64,000 nucleotides of DNA from a virus (taxonomy: Duplodnaviria; Caudoviricetes). The position numbers were made by a program, and so were the translations under genes. Positions 1 to 10,671 of the stretch are shown here, piece after piece; position 1 is the first letter of the stretch, and each line of letters opens with the position of its first letter. Where the stretch lies: the IMG/VR virus record IMGVR_UViG_3300021387_000452; one strand, written 5' to 3'. A model generated the notes under the pieces. It saw nothing but the letters and a program-made list of their open reading frames with translations. It was not told the origin of the DNA and searched no databases.

Positions 1-778
1 AAAAGCTTTCCCAGTACTTTACTGTTCTTTGGTAGTCTTCATAGTCTTTTGGAGTTCCCCAACAAAAGTACTTATCAACATTAAAAATCTTTGCTGATAG
101 TCCTAGCTTTAGAATGTAGTTGATCACTTCATCGACATAGAATTCGTTATTTATTCGCTTATTATCAGCTATCATATCTTCGGCAGCTTTAACAAAATCA
201 GATCCTCGCTTAAACCAGAATACTGCAGTTACAGCTGGGTCCTTCTCAGGATTATCTGATATAGCTTTCTTTACAGAAGCTGATAATATGTTGTCTTTAT
301 CATCAATCTTCATCCAACCATACGCATTTGGATTATCGCATACTGAGTCATTATTTGTAAATGTAAACACTATACAATCGCATGACTTCTTCAACTCTTC
401 AAACTTTTTAACATCAATGTTCATTCCACAGTCACATGGGCCAATAAGAAGTTCTTCATCTGAATTTATGTAATCTTTTGCGCATAAGCAAGTTGAAGCC
501 TGACCGTCTGTTAACTTATCAAGTGTGATAAACTTAACTCCCTTCCAATATTGCTTAATTGTGTCTTCAACTCCCTGAGATTTATGGAAATCTCTATCGA
601 TAAAGATCATAGTGTTGCTGTCATTATCAGCACCATATAGATTATTTGCAGCGCATACTACCATAGGTAGTTCTTTATTAGACTTTCTATCATATGTTGG
701 AAGAAGTGGCTTTGGGACTTTATAACCTGATTCTGAAAATCTACTGCCCTCTCCGGCCATTGGGATAAGAATGTTCAT
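1..778 (-). CDS. Sugar-phosphate nucleotidyltransferase (NTP_transferase/GT-A fold), runs off the window edge
   Basis: Manual translation from ATG at 778: MNILIPMAGEGSRFSESGYKVPKPLLP; ATGA overlap with the upstream paralog; absent from the ORF track. Confidence 0.8.
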   Translation of the reverse strand, partial: MNILIPMAGEGSRFSESGYKVPKPLLPTYDRKSNKELPMVVCAANNLYGADNDSNTMIFIDRDFHKSQGVEDTIKQYWKGVKFITLDKLTDGQASTCLCAKDYINSDEELLIGPCDCGMNIDVKKFEELKKSCDCIVFTFTNNDSVCDNPNAYGWMKIDDKDNILSASVKKAISDNPEKDPAVTAVFWFKRGSDFVKAAEDMIADNKRINNEFYVDEVINYILKLGLSAKIFNVDKYFCWGTPKDYEDYQRTVKYWESF

Positions 779-1560
779 CGATTAGCTCCTTTCAAAATAT
801 TCATCCACATATTAAATTCTTCTAAGTCTTCTGGAGTTCCCCATTGACAAAAAAATCTAATATTGTCTGGGCACCAAACTCTCTTATTATCTTTAACTAG
901 ATAGTTATACACGAGACTAGCATAAAACTCACCATTTAATGAATCATCTGCTTTTATAAGCTCATTTGAATAGTGATATGCAATGTCTCCTGATTTGAAG
1001 TAATATATACCAGGTGAGTGATGTGCAAGAGTCTTATCTTCTTCAAAAGAGAACTTTTCTCTAATCTCTTCTAGACACTGATTAGAGTTAATCTTACACG
1101 ACGCGTATAAGTTCTTCTTGGGAATCAGGTGCGGATGAAACCCGGTATAGCATGGTATAGAGCCATCTACATCACGTTCTAAGCACTCTTTAATAAACTC
1201 ATTAGAATTCCATAAGCAGAAAAAGTCACAGTAATTTATTATGGTTGGAAGTGATTTGTCAATCTCATCAGTTTCATATGCTCTACAAAAATCATTCACT
1301 GGCCCTAGCTTAATCCAGTCATATATTGGAACTATCTTTGTATGTTTTGCTATAAATTGAAGCTTCTGAAAATCTTTATCATTTACTAGATGCGCACTTC
1401 TACATATAAAGATAAACTCAGTAGAATCCTGATCATACATGGATACTATCCACTCGATCATGGATTTTCCAGCAACTTTAATGAATGGCTTTAAATGCTT
1501 GTAGCCAGCTTTAACAAATCTAGAGCCATACCCCGTCATCGGTATTACAACTTGAATCAT
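775..1560 (-). CDS. Sugar-phosphate nucleotidyltransferase, capsule-locus type
   Basis: VVIPMTGYGSRF...KPFI N-terminal motif, NYCD, NGEFY, WGTPEDL. Confidence 0.8.
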   Translation of the reverse strand: MIQVVIPMTGYGSRFVKAGYKHLKPFIKVAGKSMIEWIVSMYDQDSTEFIFICRSAHLVNDKDFQKLQFIAKHTKIVPIYDWIKLGPVNDFCRAYETDEIDKSLPTIINYCDFFCLWNSNEFIKECLERDVDGSIPCYTGFHPHLIPKKNLYASCKINSNQCLEEIREKFSFEEDKTLAHHSPGIYYFKSGDIAYHYSNELIKADDSLNGEFYASLVYNYLVKDNKRVWCPDNIRFFCQWGTPEDLEEFNMWMNILKGANR

Positions 1561-1562
1561 AG

Positions 1563-2507
1563 TTAGATTTCCTTCTGTCTATACTTTTCTGAATCCCAGC
1601 CTAATAAGCTATTTACATCAGATATAGATAGTGACGCACTAGTTACTATAGCATTCGCTTTCAAAACTTCTTCAATCTGTTTACATCTAAGAAATGATTT
1701 ACTTGCTATAAAATTATACCCATCATATGATATACACGTAGGTCTAACTTCACAGTCATCACTCATATGATACAGAGTCCCACCACTGTATATTACACAA
1801 TCCGGAGTTTTTCTTAAGTTATCCATTGGTGCATCTGTTATTATGACATAGCAAATTTCATTAAACTTCTCATATAAATAGTTTTGAACATAGCTGATCT
1901 TATTACATATCAGTCTATAACCGGTTACTTTTTCACAGAATACAATAACATCATCTATAATCTTAAACACTTCATTAAGATCATTAGAATGAACTATTAA
2001 TCCGTGATTATCTAGGAAGATGATTTTCTTATCACCAGTGATATGATCAGACAATTCAAGCCCTGGTCTATAATAATCAATAAACTCAGCTGTAGACTCA
2101 TACTTATCAATTAGCTTTTGCTTGCATGAATCTAAAGCTTGTATTACTAGCGATGGATGAAGATGAACTGTGTACTTAAGTGTTTTAGCATGAAAGAATG
2201 TTTCAAGCGATGGCTGAGAACCTAATATTGTAGATGACTCCAAGAATTCTTTCTCAGAATCATATACTCTGTTATTGTTATCATTAAATGATTTAATTTC
2301 TGAAAGATCAACTACTGAGATATTCTTATCAGGTTCTACATCAAACAATGTACATCCAGATGATTTAATGAATAGCTCATCTCCATGCTTTATGGAGATA
2401 TTCCCACCACCAGCCTGAACTAGATCTGGGCGTACTCCGTAATACTTACAAATACAGCTAAGTAAATCTCTAGTACTAGATGTCTGTGCAAATTGCGTCA
2501 ATCTCAT
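1563..2507 (-). CDS. Class II aldolase/adducin-family protein (RhaD-like)
   Basis: QAGGGNISIK, PSLET, VHLHP, NHGL metal-binding motifs. Confidence 0.8.
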   Translation of the reverse strand: MRLTQFAQTSSTRDLLSCICKYYGVRPDLVQAGGGNISIKHGDELFIKSSGCTLFDVEPDKNISVVDLSEIKSFNDNNNRVYDSEKEFLESSTILGSQPSLETFFHAKTLKYTVHLHPSLVIQALDSCKQKLIDKYESTAEFIDYYRPGLELSDHITGDKKIIFLDNHGLIVHSNDLNEVFKIIDDVIVFCEKVTGYRLICNKISYVQNYLYEKFNEICYVIITDAPMDNLRKTPDCVIYSGGTLYHMSDDCEVRPTCISYDGYNFIASKSFLRCKQIEEVLKANAIVTSASLSISDVNSLLGWDSEKYRQKEI

Positions 2508-3033
2508 TAATCACCTCACTTAAATACTTTTCTTTTAATTCTGGCTGACCCTGAAGTTCTGGAGATACGAAACAGATCTTATAGCCAAGACTATGAATCT
2601 CATCTGCAATTTCTTTTGTGAGAGGATTTTTTGTAAACGTGTCAACCCAAACCCAGTTACATTTTCCAGCCATTGCACGTACAGTATCTAAACCCTCAAA
2701 CTCAGAAAATCTTATAGCTATATTATGCTCACCATCAGATGATAGCTTATAAATCATTGGGAACGAGCAATCTAAAAAGAAGTAGTTCTTTATGTTGTAC
2801 TTATGAATAAGTTCTAGACATCGGTGCTCAAGTCTTTCTTCTTTAATGTCAAGAATAAGAGTGCCATGGTTATAATTTGATAGCCACTCTTCAAAATCAA
2901 CTCCATCACTATATGCTTCATGCTGTAGAATGAGCCTATCACCAATAGATCTAATGTCTATCTCAGCTCCATAATTAGTTGGCACGTTCTTTAGACAAAG
3001 AACGCAATTAATTCTGTGAGCAATTATTTCCAT
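2476..3033 (-). CDS. Glycerophosphodiester phosphodiesterase/PI-PLC-like protein
   Basis: MEIIAHRIN...GAEIDIR...HE...DIKE; start moved to 3033 (SD GGAG at ~3040). Confidence 0.7.
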   Translation of the reverse strand: MEIIAHRINCVLCLKNVPTNYGAEIDIRSIGDRLILQHEAYSDGVDFEEWLSNYNHGTLILDIKEERLEHRCLELIHKYNIKNYFFLDCSFPMIYKLSSDGEHNIAIRFSEFEGLDTVRAMAGKCNWVWVDTFTKNPLTKEIADEIHSLGYKICFVSPELQGQPELKEKYLSEVINEIDAICTDI

Positions 3034-3440
3034 TGAAATCTCCTTTTGAGAAGAAAAATCTTTACTTAATTTATATACAACAAAACTCACTACGAGTAAA
3101 TGTACTTGCATAGTGAGTTGCTATTTCTACTTATGTAGTTTTATGTAATCTTCTGGATGTTGATACATCTCAAAGAATTCAATTCTACCTTTATCAGTTA
3201 AAATATCATAATCCCATGTGCCGTCATCATTGTAGAAATATAGCTTAGTAAGATCTCCAGAAAGTATCATGCAGAATTCTCTAATCATAAGAAGCTTTGC
3301 GCTTAACTTCGCTTCTGATAAGCTTCTAAATCTTCCGTAAATTTCTGCGTCTCCATTCTCATCTATACGATAAAGAAAATAGTCATTTCTATCAACCATA
3401 TCACTCACCTACAGCAAGATTTTACTAAGCCAATAATTTA

Positions 3441-4463
3441 TTAGATATGTAGATGGTGACACTCTGAGCAGCCATTATGTTTCATACAAACACACCAGGC
3501 GATTAAATGGCCAAGTGACTTACGCAGCTTTCTAGCCTTTGTTGGCTTAAGGCCATTGCAAACTGTAGTAGCCTCAGCCAAAATATCTTTAATTGGCTGA
3601 TTTACATTTATCACGCTATCGACTAGTACTGAGCTAATAAAACTTCTAATGTTACTTGGAGTATCGTCAGATGCTGCAAGTTCACTTACTTCTTGAAAAA
3701 TGAAATCATTTACATCAAATTTCTCATATAGATGAGTAGCCATTCTCCATAGATCATTAAATGTAGCGCCTTCATCTTTAGCGTAATTCATTGGAAACTG
3801 GATGTAAATGTCAGACACTGGGTCATATAACGTTGTATGAATATCTGAAAATCCATTTAGATTAGAGCACTTGCTTGAAAATGTAAGCATTGGCTGAACA
3901 GATGCTCCAATTACTTCTTTAAAAAGATTCATACTTACTTGTAGTCCAGAAAGAACTTCGTCTGCTTTAACTAACACTTTATCATCAGTGTCATACTTTT
4001 CTTTAAAAGCAGCAAAGCAAGTAAACGATTGCTGATTTTCACTAACTTCGAATGGCCATGGAGAAGGACCGTTTTCAAACATAGTCCCTTCTTCACCTTT
4101 AGCAGCATTTATGTTTAGATCAATGATAAACAATCTATCTTCTGGTAATGCATAAAATACAAAGCAGTCTGAGAAGCACTTAAATAGCTTATTAATAATC
4201 GGCAGTGCTAAATCAATAACATCAGTTTCAGAGCAAACAGCGCTTAAAAGCTTTACCTTTACACCAAGTGAATCAACAAGCTTCTTAAGAGATGGCTTCG
4301 ATAAACTGAATTTATCTCCATTAGTTGTTTCAATGATATACTCATCATCATTAGACGCGTCTTTCTTAAAAGCAATCACATCAGAGCTTTTAATAGAAAA
4401 TGGCTGTGGGATGCAACTCTTAAGATAGTCAAAGTGCTCATTAAATCCAAAGCTTTCAATCAT
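3441..4463 (-). CDS. Hypothetical protein (340 aa, C-terminal Cys/His cluster)
   Basis: Long ORF with SD; no recognised motif. Confidence 0.6.
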   Translation of the reverse strand: MIESFGFNEHFDYLKSCIPQPFSIKSSDVIAFKKDASNDDEYIIETTNGDKFSLSKPSLKKLVDSLGVKVKLLSAVCSETDVIDLALPIINKLFKCFSDCFVFYALPEDRLFIIDLNINAAKGEEGTMFENGPSPWPFEVSENQQSFTCFAAFKEKYDTDDKVLVKADEVLSGLQVSMNLFKEVIGASVQPMLTFSSKCSNLNGFSDIHTTLYDPVSDIYIQFPMNYAKDEGATFNDLWRMATHLYEKFDVNDFIFQEVSELAASDDTPSNIRSFISSVLVDSVINVNQPIKDILAEATTVCNGLKPTKARKLRKSLGHLIAWCVCMKHNGCSECHHLHI

Positions 4464-4484
4464 ACTAAACTCCTATATAATCTA

Positions 4485-4919
4485 TTAGTAATTTGCTGAT
4501 GTTGCGTCAAATCTATTTGACGTTATAATAAACTGCGCGCTGTTATAAAATCTAACTACAGACTCTGCTGAAGATTTAGCTGTTTCATAGCCAGCGATTA
4601 GAGCTACACACTCAGCCTTCACATTAGTAAAGCTCTTAATATACTGAGACTTTACATTATATTGCTCTCTACTTTCTGGATTCATTAGCTCGTTTAATGC
4701 CTTTACTATCATAGCATTAGCATACTGTAGCTTTTGAAGTGAATCGCAGATAATGTTGTATTTATATGTTGCTTCAGAAAATAACTCATAAAACTTATCT
4801 GGAGAGCTTCTAAGCTCTCTGTATGAAGGTAACGATCCGGCAGTCGGGATTATTTCCATGCTTTCAATAAGTGAAACAATATATTTGTAAACATCTTCTA
4901 TTCCAATTGGTTTTGCCAT
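4485..4919 (-). CDS. Hypothetical helical protein
   Basis: ORF tightly coupled to neighbours. Confidence 0.5.
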   Translation of the reverse strand: MAKPIGIEDVYKYIVSLIESMEIIPTAGSLPSYRELRSSPDKFYELFSEATYKYNIICDSLQKLQYANAMIVKALNELMNPESREQYNVKSQYIKSFTNVKAECVALIAGYETAKSSAESVVRFYNSAQFIITSNRFDATSANY

Positions 4920-4921
4920 TT

Positions 4922-5638
4922 TTAGTTTGCCTTATTCAAATCAGTTAGTAAGTTATAAAGAGCTGCTTCTTTGTTCGCTTTTGATTTCACAAACCTACAT
5001 ATCGCTGGCCTTATCTTCTTTCCATATCGCTTATTTGATTGTATGATTAGATTAGCATAATGAGATGAAGCTCCCCTTATGTTTTGAGTCTGAACTTTAT
5101 TTAAGAATGTCAGAATCGATGATGTAATACTAGCAGCATTATTCTTATTCACTGTTGTGAAGAACACACTATTAAGTACATCTTGTGTCCCAAGTATTGA
5201 ATTATATAGTAAGTATACTGATTGATCTTCAGAGTCATCTACGTGAATAGAACCGTTGCTTATAAGACAAGTCTTTATCTGATCAAGTAAGCAGTCATAC
5301 TTCATCGTGCTTATAAGCTTAAGCTTATCTTCTTTACGAAGCTTTATATACTGAACTGGTAATAAATTTTTAAGAAGGCTATCATTAGTTGTTAGATCAA
5401 CGTCAAAATGATGATTATCTACTATTACCCATTTATCAGTAATAGAATTGAGCTTCTCTATAGACTCATCGCTACTTTTTCCACAGAAAATAATTCCGTT
5501 TGTATGAAGATTGTCGTATGAATTAAGATCTTTCACATACTCAAAACTCGGGTGAATAAAGCTCATAAAGCTAAGATGATCTTCTTGTATGTTGACTGAT
5601 TTATGAAGTAATAGCTTATCATTCATTTGAATACTCAA
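4922..5638 (-). CDS. Hypothetical protein, possible clamp-loader small subunit
   Basis: Overlaps the delta'-like gene; function inferred from adjacency only. Confidence 0.3.
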   Translation of the reverse strand: MSIQMNDKLLLHKSVNIQEDHLSFMSFIHPSFEYVKDLNSYDNLHTNGIIFCGKSSDESIEKLNSITDKWVIVDNHHFDVDLTTNDSLLKNLLPVQYIKLRKEDKLKLISTMKYDCLLDQIKTCLISNGSIHVDDSEDQSVYLLYNSILGTQDVLNSVFFTTVNKNNAASITSSILTFLNKVQTQNIRGASSHYANLIIQSNKRYGKKIRPAICRFVKSKANKEAALYNLLTDLNKAN

Positions 5639-6176
5639 TCAAAGATAGTAACTTATCTCTATCATTCCTTCTATACTTCTTGACAAGATAGTCATCATAT
5701 GATAAGACTGGGTTGTACTTATTATATATCAGCTGTTTATCATCAACTGATAAGTCATTGAACTCATCAGCATCATTTATCAGCATTTCTCTAGCTTTAT
5801 TAGTCTTTATGAACCCAGCTCGATCTCCACTACTAACCACATAATACTTTCTAAATTCTTTCATTCTTGAGATCACTGTGCCAAGAATGTTATCTCTACT
5901 TGCAAGTAAAATAATGTTCAAGTTAGAGTCTTCTATAAACTTCAGTAATAAAGATTGCTCAAGCGGAGATAGAAATGATATATCACTAATAATGACAGGT
6001 AGCGTATAATTCTTATAGTGACTAAAGCTGTCTATCAGATTCACCAAGTCTTCTTTTGAAGAAATGTAATTGATGTTGTAGTTATAGTTATTCTTTTCAA
6101 TGAATTTACAAAATGCTTTTGCTGCAGCCCCAATAAATAACTTCGGGAATATTTTCGGAACTGACTCATTGCTCAT
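5619..6176 (-). CDS. Clamp-loader (Pol III delta'/RFC-like) AAA+ subunit
   Basis: QSLLLKFIEDSNLNIILLASRDNILGTVISR resembles the LLKxLEE...ILxTIxSR sensor/Arg-finger segment. Confidence 0.55.
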   Translation of the reverse strand: MSNESVPKIFPKLFIGAAAKAFCKFIEKNNYNYNINYISSKEDLVNLIDSFSHYKNYTLPVIISDISFLSPLEQSLLLKFIEDSNLNIILLASRDNILGTVISRMKEFRKYYVVSSGDRAGFIKTNKAREMLINDADEFNDLSVDDKQLIYNKYNPVLSYDDYLVKKYRRNDRDKLLSLIEYSNE

Positions 6177-6399
6177 TCTTCATTTCTCTTTTCTGAATGC
6201 GCTCAATTTCCATTTGGCAGTAACGAATAGCTTTCTGAAGATCTTGAATCTCTGTGTCTTTGCTTTTCTTTCCACTTCTTAGGACATACTTAATGATATT
6301 TCCCTTATTGAAGTTGAGCTCATATTCATCAATAATGTCAATAACACTCATGTTTGCTTTATTGTAGTATGATGGTATAATTACAGATTCATCAGCCAT
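6166..6399 (-). CDS. DUF3310 family (T7 gp1.7-like) protein
   Basis: PSYY...FNKGNIIKYVLRSGKK...QDLQKAIRY. Confidence 0.8.
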   Translation of the reverse strand: MADESVIIPSYYNKANMSVIDIIDEYELNFNKGNIIKYVLRSGKKSKDTEIQDLQKAIRYCQMEIERIQKREMKNEQ

Positions 6400-7137
6400 T
6401 TCTAAATACTCCTCGCTTTACAAGCGCTAAATCACTAATAAATATATACAAATAAAGAGCATGGATTTTAATACCAACACTCTTTAGATATGTGCTGCAT
6501 TAGTCTTCTCTACCAAGTTCTATACAGAACTGTGGTACTCCATTCTTATCGCTAAATAAAATTCTTGGAGTGTCTATCTTATTATTAACTTCTACATTTG
6601 TACAACGTGACTCAATAATATAATCTAAGAACTGCTTCCATGTAAATCCAGTGCCATAAGCATATTCCCATTTATTATAACCATTTTTCCACCATGGGGC
6701 AAATAATCTTCGCCAGCCACTGAAATAGTCTCTACACCCTAAAGATTCTGCTTCAGTAAAAGCATCTGTTGTAATCTTGCTGACTCTCTCGCATACTGTC
6801 ACAAACATACCTTCATTCTCAGTAGAGATATAGTTTGGTAATAAGACTAATAATCCTCGAACTCGATCAAGAATTGACTTCTCTAATTTATCTGCAATAG
6901 TCTGCTTATCCATGATAAACTCCTAAGTAAATAAATCTTCAGGCAACTGTGCTGGATTGTGAAGCATCTCACAAATAACTTCACCGTTAAATGAAATTGA
7001 CCAGTCAAACTCGCTTGCATCTTTACATCGTTCCCAATATGAAGTTAATTCCATTGCCTCTTCTAATGAGGAATACAACCACTTTGTTGGGATTCTACTT
7101 CCTGGAACATATAATGATAACGTGTACATATGCATAG

Positions 7138-7668
7138 CTAATCCCATAAGTCAAGATAATGATCAGCCAAAATTTGGAACGCTTCTTTTCGCATAACTAA
7201 TGCAATATTACGTTTATTTTCTTTATCTTCAGAAGATAGCTTCTCATATTCATCTGAATAAATATAATCAGTAGCAACAAAAGCATCTCGAACTTTTCGA
7301 AGCATATCTTTCCATGTATCGAATTCAATATTTGCAGGGTGTGATATACCTTTATCAATCCACAATGTAAGTGCAGGAATAGCTCTATTCATTAATTCAG
7401 TTCCGAAGTTCCATGCTAAATCTCTATCAGCACCGCAGTTTAGATCTTTATCAACTTCTTTACAATTTACCCAAGCTACTATATCACTGCAGTCCTTCTT
7501 AATAGCAGTCGGCGTTTCATCAGTGCTTGGGTAATACCAAAACTCATCATCATAGTTATAATTGAGTCTTACAATCTTTCCAGATTTAAGTTTAACCAAA
7601 CACTCTACAATGTCACCACCCCAAACGCCTTCAGTAATAGGAACCCATTTCATATTACATTCCTCCAA
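7138..7668 (-). CDS. Hypothetical protein with DUF551-like N-terminus
   Basis: MKWVPI...IVAW pattern. Confidence 0.4.
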   Translation of the reverse strand: MEECNMKWVPITEGVWGGDIVECLVKLKSGKIVRLNYNYDDEFWYYPSTDETPTAIKKDCSDIVAWVNCKEVDKDLNCGADRDLAWNFGTELMNRAIPALTLWIDKGISHPANIEFDTWKDMLRKVRDAFVATDYIYSDEYEKLSSEDKENKRNIALVMRKEAFQILADHYLDLWD

Positions 7669-7948
7669 ATTAAATAAATGACCAACCGCACCACACGCTG
7701 TTCTCTAACTCGAAAGATGAAACAAGTTTTGGAATAGACATAATAAGCTCAAACACTCTTATGTCTATTATAATAGACTCGTCTTTAAATGAGTCTTTTG
7801 ATAAAGCTGATTCGTATTCTAATCTGCATGTTGCAAGCTCACTAATAGCTTCAGCCATATCTTTACACTCACGAGTCTCAAGATCAAGAAATGAATCATC
7901 GCTATAATGAGCAGTAACTACAATAAGATACCCAGATGTCTTCATAGT

Positions 7949-8374
7949 TTACTCCAAGCTGTCAAGATATAAAATTCTCTTTGATACTTTTTCCTGTAGT
8001 GTGTCAAGTTCATTTAAACCTACAAGATCACGATACTCTTTTCCACAGCACATACCATCAGTAAGCAAGCAATCAAACAAATCTCTAACATGTGTTATTG
8101 CAGCATAAATTGCTGTCAAAGCATCTTGTTCTTGGTAAACATCATCATTTTCTTCAATATAAGCCCAATGTATTACAAGATCTTTTCGTAAACCATTAAC
8201 GCCTTTCGTATCTTCTGGTTTTGAGAATGACTGTGTATCTTTATGAAACAACATAACTTCATAATGTGTTTCATAGATGTTCTCATCTTCATTAACAGGA
8301 TACTTATACTGAACAACACATAATTGAGTATCTGTTTCAATATTTGGTAATGTATTTCCTTTATGCCACTTCAT
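7949..8374 (-). CDS. Hypothetical protein with DUF551-like N-terminus
   Basis: MKWHKGNTLP...VIHWAYI. Confidence 0.4.
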   Translation of the reverse strand: MKWHKGNTLPNIETDTQLCVVQYKYPVNEDENIYETHYEVMLFHKDTQSFSKPEDTKGVNGLRKDLVIHWAYIEENDDVYQEQDALTAIYAAITHVRDLFDCLLTDGMCCGKEYRDLVGLNELDTLQEKVSKRILYLDSLE

Positions 8375-8913
8375 AATTATCTACCTGTTAATTTATGAAA
8401 GAGATTATTATTATACTCTTCGCCAGCATAACCAGTATCTTTTGAAACTGCCTGATTTGCTAATTCCTTTGAATCTATGCTTGACTCATCATCGCTATTT
8501 AATAACTCTTGCAGTTTAGACTCAGCAAAAGCAAGCAGATCTTCAGGTGTATCTTCAATGTCTACGCCATTTAGAGACTCACACATAGATCTATGTGTAA
8601 ATACTATAAGCTTATTCCACTCATCATTATAGAGACAATCTGTCTTACTATCTATGCATTCTAGACCTTCTAGATGAGGTTCATTATTCTCACTATACCA
8701 ATAAAACTTATCATTCTTACATTTGAATTTAGTGTAATGACCATCATGAATCCAGCAGTCAATAGCAATATCACTAAATGATGGATTTTTCTTAATCAAA
8801 TGTCTAATCTGACGTGAAACGACTACGTTAGAGCACGAGACATCATCAAGATCTCGTAGATTAATTTTCTGCTTGGCATTTGTATTTTCACTCATGATAA
8901 TATCTCCACACTT

Positions 8914-9291
8914 TTAATCGTTAATAAAAATCCAATCGTTACCATTTGGAGTAATGACATCTTCAGCGCCATCATACTCATCAATGCGATATTGATTCCC
9001 ACTGATTTCTTCAATGGCTAAATTTGCACAAGCTCCGCTAGCTTCTTTACCAAGAGCTTCTACAACAGCGATCAAGTCTGGGTGATGTCTTTTGCCATCA
9101 AATAAATCAGAAATGCCATAGCAAAGATACTCATACTTTAATGAAACATCTGAGCTAAGATCATTAGTCTTAATCATCTTAATACGCTCGCGTAATGCTT
9201 CATCCTTGCAATGCTCTTCCAGCCAGTCAACAGCTTTAAGTGAAAGAGAAAAACCGCCATAGCAGTTATTGTAAACGACCTTGTGCCCCAT
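8914..9291 (-). CDS. Phage hypothetical protein
   Basis: KVVYNNCYGGFSLS...RHHPDLIAVVEALG...YRIDEYDGAE; start moved downstream of the cassette. Confidence 0.65.
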   Translation of the reverse strand: MGHKVVYNNCYGGFSLSLKAVDWLEEHCKDEALRERIKMIKTNDLSSDVSLKYEYLCYGISDLFDGKRHHPDLIAVVEALGKEASGACANLAIEEISGNQYRIDEYDGAEDVITPNGNDWIFIND

Positions 9292-9310
9292 AATAATCTC
9301 CGTGAAATTA

Positions 9311-9401
9311 TCGGGTAGCCATTCCACCCGATTTCTAAAGATACTTATAAACCAGACTGTACTTTGAGTAAACAAAAATCACCGCACAGTGCGGTGATTT
9401 T
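9311..9401 (-). promoter_or_regulatory. Terminator-promoter-5' hairpin cassette, copy 1
   Basis: AAAATCACCG/CGGTGATTTT hairpin; -35 TTTACT, 17 bp, -10 TATAAG; leader TCGGGTGG-AATGG-CTACCCGA. Confidence 0.85.
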
Positions 9402-9408
9402 GCTTTTA

Positions 9409-10659
9409 TTAAAATATGAGTTTTCGTAGCTCAGATTCTTTTATAGTTTCACAGCCTGAAATTCCTTTGTCTAACCTCCAGCAGTCAATGACTGCATGTG
9501 TAAGTCTTAAACTTCTAGCTGAAACATTCTGACCCTGAATTGTAGCAACCCTGCCATAATAGTCTGGGTTAAGCTTAACAATCCCGCTATCATCTATAAT
9601 TGTAGCATCTTCTTTAACAAAGTCTGAGACATTTGAACAAACCGCTATTGGGTGAGTAACTGTAGACCCATCTTGCCTTTCAAGCATAACAGAAAAAACG
9701 AACCCAACAACCATGTTTTGATTTCGTGTATCATCTTTACCAATAACATAATCAGTAACAAATGCATCAAGATCTTTTGTTAAAGTATCAGCCGTTGATC
9801 TTTTTACCTTTACACAGTCAATAGTGCGTGATGATGTAGCATGATACACGGCATTTTTATTTTTGAGTACAACGCCCTCTTTATCGTTTGCTATAAGTCT
9901 GTCGAAAAAGTCTCTTTTAGCTTCTGGGTACTTATCTGTATTTTCAACAACTGGATTAATATCGCAACAAAATCCTGAATTTTTCAACATACTAGCAAGC
10001 TTAATTGCATGTGGATGACGTTCTATCCATGGTTTATTTATAAGATTATCTGAATCTAGAAGGCAGTCAAATATGATGAATTTAAGTGGGTTATCTTTTT
10101 GTATGCGTTTAGAATCTGTAGGATTAAGATTTAATAAAGCTGCTGTAGACTGAAGCTGAGTTAAACATCTTGTGTTAGTCTCTATCTCTGGATTTGTACT
10201 AATAACTTCACAGTCAAGCACAAAGTTATATGGGTAGCTAAACCCATTATCAGTAGTGTATATAGTATCAGAATAATCTTGTGGCAAATAATCTTCTACT
10301 GAATTGTTACGACTATAAAAATGGAATTGCTTTTCGCTTGCATCATATAAAATGAGCATACGACAGCCATCAATCTTCTCTTCTGCAATCCAGTCTTGAG
10401 ATTCCCAGACCATCTCTTGTTGCTCTTGTTTAAGATCTTTTATGCGTCTACATAATTGAGGGCACTCAATAGAAAGCATAAATGAAAGTGACCATGGGAT
10501 ATTGTCTCTAGAACCGTACTTCTCAGTAATGAAGTACTCACGTAATGCTTTTACAAGATCATCTTTCATCAATTTACGACCAGCTGGAACGACTGTAATT
10601 CCAAGTTGATCACATTGATTTTGCAAGTAATCTATACGACGCGCGCATTCAATAGCCAT
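9409..10659 (-). CDS. ATP-dependent DNA ligase
   Basis: Motif I EEKIDGCR, LDCEV, FIIFD, EGVVLK, KVK. Confidence 0.9.
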   Translation of the reverse strand: MAIECARRIDYLQNQCDQLGITVVPAGRKLMKDDLVKALREYFITEKYGSRDNIPWSLSFMLSIECPQLCRRIKDLKQEQQEMVWESQDWIAEEKIDGCRMLILYDASEKQFHFYSRNNSVEDYLPQDYSDTIYTTDNGFSYPYNFVLDCEVISTNPEIETNTRCLTQLQSTAALLNLNPTDSKRIQKDNPLKFIIFDCLLDSDNLINKPWIERHPHAIKLASMLKNSGFCCDINPVVENTDKYPEAKRDFFDRLIANDKEGVVLKNKNAVYHATSSRTIDCVKVKRSTADTLTKDLDAFVTDYVIGKDDTRNQNMVVGFVFSVMLERQDGSTVTHPIAVCSNVSDFVKEDATIIDDSGIVKLNPDYYGRVATIQGQNVSARSLRLTHAVIDCWRLDKGISGCETIKESELRKLIF

Positions 10660-10671
10660 AGTATAAGCTCC

